DNA of 7,506 nucleotides from a virus (Duplodnaviria; Heunggongvirae; Uroviricota; Caudoviricetes): IMG/VR virus record IMGVR_UViG_2541047499_000011, positions 1 to 7,506 of that record; one strand, 5' to 3'. Shown piece by piece: positions 4,451 to 7,506 of this stretch (position 1 is its first letter; each line of letters starts with the position of its first letter). The notes under the pieces were generated by a model. It saw only the letters and a program-made list of their open reading frames with translations, ran no database searches and was not told where the DNA came from. The position numbers and the translations under genes were made by a program.

Positions 4451-6388
4451 ATGACATTTAAACATTATGATGTTGTCAGGGCGGCGTCGCCGTCAGACCT
4501 TGCGGAAAAGCTGACACACAAACTGAAAGAGGGCTGGCAGCCGTTTGGTAGTCCTGTGGCCATAACCCCTTATACCCTGATGCAGGCGATTGCCGCGGAG
4601 GGGGATGTGACCACGCCAGTGGTTGTGCCCGGCACGGGGGATGGTGGCTATCCGGGAGTGGTCACCACGGAGCCAGATTATTACTACGTTATTCCACTGG
4701 CCGGGCAGTCGAACGGCATGGCTTACGGTGAGGGGCTTCCTCTGCCGCAGACATATGACCGTCCTGACCCGCGTATAAAGCAACTGGCTCGTCGCAGCAC
4801 AGTGACGCCGGATGGCGCTCCCTGTAAATATAACGACATTATTCCGGCAGACCACTGTCTGCATGATGTACAGGACATGAGCCGTCTTAACCATCCGAAA
4901 GCTGACCTGTCGAAAGGTCAGTACGGAACCGTGGGGCAGGGGCTGCATATTGCCAAAAAGCTGCTGCCGTTTATACCGGCGAATGCGGGTATTCTTCTGG
5001 TTCCGTGCTGCCGTGGTGGTTCAGCTTTCACCACCGGGGCAGATGGAACATACAGTGACGTGACCGGTGCCTCAGAGAGTTCTACCCGCTGGGGTGTGGG
5101 CAGGCCGCTGTATAAGGATCTCATCGGTCGTACAAAAGCCGCGCTGGCAAAGAACCCGAAAAATGTGCTGCTTGCCGTGGTGTGGATGCAGGGGGAATTT
5201 GACTTTGACGGAACGCCAGCAAATCACACAGCCCGTTTTACAGAAGTAGTGGAACAATATCGTACGGACCTTGCAGATATGGTGGGACAGTGCGCTGGTG
5301 GTTCTGCTGACGGTGTTCCCTGGATATGTGGAGACACAACTTATTTCTGGAAGCAGAAGAGCGAATCCACTTACCAGACGGTGTACGGCAGTTACAAAAA
5401 CAAAACGGAAAAGAATATTCACTTTGTGCCGTTCATGACCGATGAGAACGGAGCAAATGTCCCGACGAACAAACCGGAAGAAGACCCGGATATTCCGGCA
5501 TCAGGATATTACGGTGCGGCCTCCCGGACGTCGGCAAACTGGACGTCAGCAGACCGTGCGAGCCATTTCAGCTCATGGGCACGCAGGGGGATTATTTCTG
5601 ACCGTCTTGCCTCAGCGATTCTTCTCCATGCAGGACGGACGGCTGAACTGGTGGGTGGGGAACAGGTTGTGATGCCGCCGGATGAGAAGCCGTCACCGGA
5701 CACACCATCAACACCGTCAACGGACGGGAAATCAGTGACAACGCTGCTTTATTACCGTGCAACAGAGTCAGGTGGTTTACTGAATCCGCAGGGATGGGGA
5801 GCTGAAGGAGGGCGTGCATTGGTAGTTGATGATGCAGGTGCTGCAGGAGGTAAGGCGCTGAGGTGGACCAAACAGACAGGAAGTTCCTCGTGGTTTATGC
5901 AGCATGATGCCGGTAATGGCGCAGACCTGCTGGAGAAGGGCGGGCTTATCAGTTGTCGTTTTAAAGTTGATGGCACACTGACAGCTAATCAGTACGCACT
6001 GGCGCTGTACTGGCCGGTTTCTTCACTGCCTCAGGGCGTCACACTGGAAGGTAATGCCGGTCATAACCTGCTGGCGTCGTTTTACGTACAGAGCGATGCC
6101 ACAGACCTTAATGTGATGTACCACAAGGGAAATGCTGGTCAGAACACGAAGCTGGGGTCATTCGGCGCATTTGATAACGAATGGCATACGCTGGGCTTCC
6201 GTTTTGCCGGTAACAACAGTATTGAGGTGACGCCGGTCATTGATGGTAAGGACGGGACGCCGTTCATGCTGTCACAGTCACCGGTCGGCACGTTTACGGC
6301 AGACAAATTGCGCGTGACCGATATCACTAGCGGTGCGACATATCCGGTGCTGATTGAAAGTATAACAGTGGAAGTGAATAACCCGTAA
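4451..6388 (+). CDS. nanS: Prophage-encoded sialate O-acetylesterase (NanS-p type): DUF1737-like N-terminus, SGNH/SASA esterase domain, C-terminal lectin-like domain
   Basis: 645-aa protein starting MTFKHYDVVRAASPSDLAEKL..., with the GQSN esterase motif in YVIPLAGQSNGMAY. Start placed at ATG 4451 with RBS GGGAGGA at 4441-4447; the track's TTG at 4394 has no RBS. Position between the tRNA cluster and the lysis genes matches the nanS-p gene of Stx prophages, from memory. Confidence 0.85.
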   Translation: MTFKHYDVVRAASPSDLAEKLTHKLKEGWQPFGSPVAITPYTLMQAIAAEGDVTTPVVVPGTGDGGYPGVVTTEPDYYYVIPLAGQSNGMAYGEGLPLPQTYDRPDPRIKQLARRSTVTPDGAPCKYNDIIPADHCLHDVQDMSRLNHPKADLSKGQYGTVGQGLHIAKKLLPFIPANAGILLVPCCRGGSAFTTGADGTYSDVTGASESSTRWGVGRPLYKDLIGRTKAALAKNPKNVLLAVVWMQGEFDFDGTPANHTARFTEVVEQYRTDLADMVGQCAGGSADGVPWICGDTTYFWKQKSESTYQTVYGSYKNKTEKNIHFVPFMTDENGANVPTNKPEEDPDIPASGYYGAASRTSANWTSADRASHFSSWARRGIISDRLASAILLHAGRTAELVGGEQVVMPPDEKPSPDTPSTPSTDGKSVTTLLYYRATESGGLLNPQGWGAEGGRALVVDDAGAAGGKALRWTKQTGSSSWFMQHDAGNGADLLEKGGLISCRFKVDGTLTANQYALALYWPVSSLPQGVTLEGNAGHNLLASFYVQSDATDLNVMYHKGNAGQNTKLGSFGAFDNEWHTLGFRFAGNNSIEVTPVIDGKDGTPFMLSQSPVGTFTADKLRVTDITSGATYPVLIESITVEVNNP

Positions 6389-6535
6389 GCAGGAAAAAAA
6401 GGCCGCCGGGGCAGGGAAAACAAGGAGCCAGAACCGGCGGCAAATGTCGTTATATCCAAAGCAAAACATGCAGGACACTTTTTTAACCAACAGGTATTAA
6501 CGATGTCAACACCATATCAATAACCGGGAGGGATA

Positions 6536-6718
6536 ATGAGATTTGTACAGCTTATTTTATTGTATTTCTGCACGGTGGTGTGCACGTTATATCTGGTAAG
6601 TGGCGGGTATAAGGTTATCCGGAACTATATACGCAAAAAGATTGATGCCGCGGCGGCGGAAAAAATCAGCGCCAGCCAGTCAGCCGGAACAAAACCCGAA
6701 GAGCCTCTCATTTCGTAG
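6536..6718 (+). CDS. Small hypothetical membrane protein (60 aa; possibly DUF1378-like) upstream of the lysis cassette
   Basis: RBS GGGAGGG at 6526-6532 before ATG 6536. One N-terminal hydrophobic segment (FVQLILLYFCTVVCTLYLV) followed by a basic and then Ala/Ser-rich tail. The family name is recalled from memory and not certain. Confidence 0.55.
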   Translation: MRFVQLILLYFCTVVCTLYLVSGGYKVIRNYIRKKIDAAAAEKISASQSAGTKPEEPLIS

Positions 6719-6755
6719 CAACTTTCTTAACAACACCTTTCAACGAGAAAATCCC

Positions 6756-7025
6756 ATGTCAGAAATAAAATCTCTGGTCACTGCTGAAGCAGTGAAGGAC
6801 GTCCTGCGCTCTGAAGAAGTCAGAAGCGCACTGAAACAGCAACTCCGCCAGAATCTTGAGGCGCGTCTTGATGCTGAAGTGGATGCCATTCTGGATGAGC
6901 TGCTGGGGGGACCGGCTGCTCCTGAGCCTGAAGACGGCGCGGGTGACAGTGCTGTTTCAGATGGCGTTGTGTCTCAGCCTGACGGTAGCAGTGAGCCTCA
7001 GCCTGGCGGCGAAATGATGATGTAA
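6756..7025 (+). CDS. Hypothetical acidic protein (89 aa) with a predicted helical N-terminus and a low-complexity Pro/Glu/Asp/Gly/Ser-rich tail
   Basis: The first ATG after the stop of the preceding ORF is at 6756. The track's longer version from GTG 6600 overlaps the previous gene and is less plausible. The RBS is weak. Function is unknown. Confidence 0.45.
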   Translation: MSEIKSLVTAEAVKDVLRSEEVRSALKQQLRQNLEARLDAEVDAILDELLGGPAAPEPEDGAGDSAVSDGVVSQPDGSSEPQPGGEMMM

Positions 7026-7100
7026 CCATACGCAGGGGCTGTCGGTGTGAGCTGATGCCCCTCCTGTTGTTGTGAGCTTCCGGATTGCGGGAGACGGGGT

Positions 7101-7316
7101 ATGTACCAGATGGAAAAAATCACAACGGGTGTGTCATACACCACGTCAGCGGTGGGGACGGGATACTGGTTACTGCAGCTGCTGGACAAAGTCTCTCCGT
7201 CCCAGTGGGTGGCGATAGGTGTGCTGGGGAGTCTGCTGTTTGGCCTGCTGACGTATCTGACTAACCTGTATTTCAAAATCAGAGAGGACCGTCGTAAGGC
7301 GGCGCGGGGAGAGTAA
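7101..7316 (+). CDS. S: Class II holin, phage 21 S-type (pinholin); two in-frame Met codons suggest holin/antiholin dual start
   Basis: 71-aa protein with ...[51 protein letters not shown], near-identical to the S21 pinholin as I recall it. Met codons at 7101 and 7110 (MYQMEK). RBS GGGAG at 7089-7093. Confidence 0.85.
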   Translation: MYQMEKITTGVSYTTSAVGTGYWLLQLLDKVSPSQWVAIGVLGSLLFGLLTYLTNLYFKIREDRRKAARGE

Positions 7317-7320
7317 AGCG

Positions 7321-7506
7321 ATGAAGAAAAAATACGAACTGGTTGTTAAAGGGATAAATAATTACCCGGATAAGATTACTGTTACTGTGGCACTGGAAAT
7401 TGGTGGGTATCCGTCACTGTTGTTGCCAGATGTGGCGATTAGTCTTGACCGTACTGAAGGTGCCACGCTGGAGTTTTACGAAGCTGAGGCGAAAAAGCAG
7501 GCGAAG
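7321..7506 (+). CDS. Hypothetical protein, N-terminal 62 codons only (3' end lies outside the window); not recognisable as a SAR or lambda-type endolysin
   Basis: ATG at 7321, 4 nt after the holin stop, open to the end of the window: MKKKYELVVKGINNYPDKITVTVALEIGGYPSLLLPDVAISLDRTEGATLEFYEAEAKKQAK. No hydrophobic signal-anchor and no resemblance to the R21 or lambda R N-termini as I recall them. Confidence 0.4.
   Translation, partial: MKKKYELVVKGINNYPDKITVTVALEIGGYPSLLLPDVAISLDRTEGATLEFYEAEAKKQAK

Noticed and set aside
4493-5976. Minus-strand ORFs inside the esterase gene (4493-4948, 4918-5124, 5072-5422, 5509-5703, 5592-5819, 5752-5976) and the + strand frame-shifted ORFs 5067-5249 and 5442-5672
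   Set aside because: All overlap the 645-aa esterase ORF, which has a conserved GQSN motif; none has an RBS or recognisable features.
6139-6490. Minus-strand ORFs 6139-6459 and 6278-6490
   Set aside because: Antisense to the esterase 3' end and the downstream hairpin region; no RBS; more likely chance ORFs.
6600-6755. Track's long form of the acidic ORF starting at GTG 6600
   Set aside because: Would overlap the preceding small ORF (6536-6718) over 119 nt in another frame. The ATG at 6756, just after that gene's stop, is the more economical start.
6820-7276. Minus-strand ORFs 6820-7029 and 6998-7276
   Set aside because: Antisense to the acidic ORF and to the highly conserved holin; no supporting signals.
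1-7506. CRISPR array, insertion sequence or integron
   Set aside because: No regularly spaced direct repeats, no transposase or integrase-like ORF and no terminal inverted repeats were seen. The dyad symmetries present are single hairpins.

Overview
This window reads as the late-regulatory and lysis region of a lambdoid (Stx-phage-like) prophage from an Enterobacteriaceae host (E. coli/Shigella-type sequence), with every supportable gene on the + strand. Identifications rest on motifs read by eye and on recalled family sequences; no search was run. Gene order is: DUF968-like fragment, RusA resolvase, Q antiterminator, then a cargo (moron) stretch, then tRNA-Ile(CAU) and tRNA-Arg(UCU), a roughly 520-bp non-coding gap, the NanS-p-type esterase, two small ORFs, an S21-type pinholin and the start of an unidentified ORF. 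The cargo stretch holds a markedly AT-rich CPBP/Abi-family intramembrane protease with its own promoter and terminator, a small possible DNA-binding ORF, and an orphan beta-class DNA methyltransferase. No stxA/stxB-like ORF is present where Stx phages carry their toxin. The strongest candidate for an undescribed function is the CPBP/Abi protease cassette (possible phage-borne abortive-infection or exclusion module), followed by the small-ORF/hairpin/methyltransferase unit. No CRISPR array, rRNA or transposase was seen.
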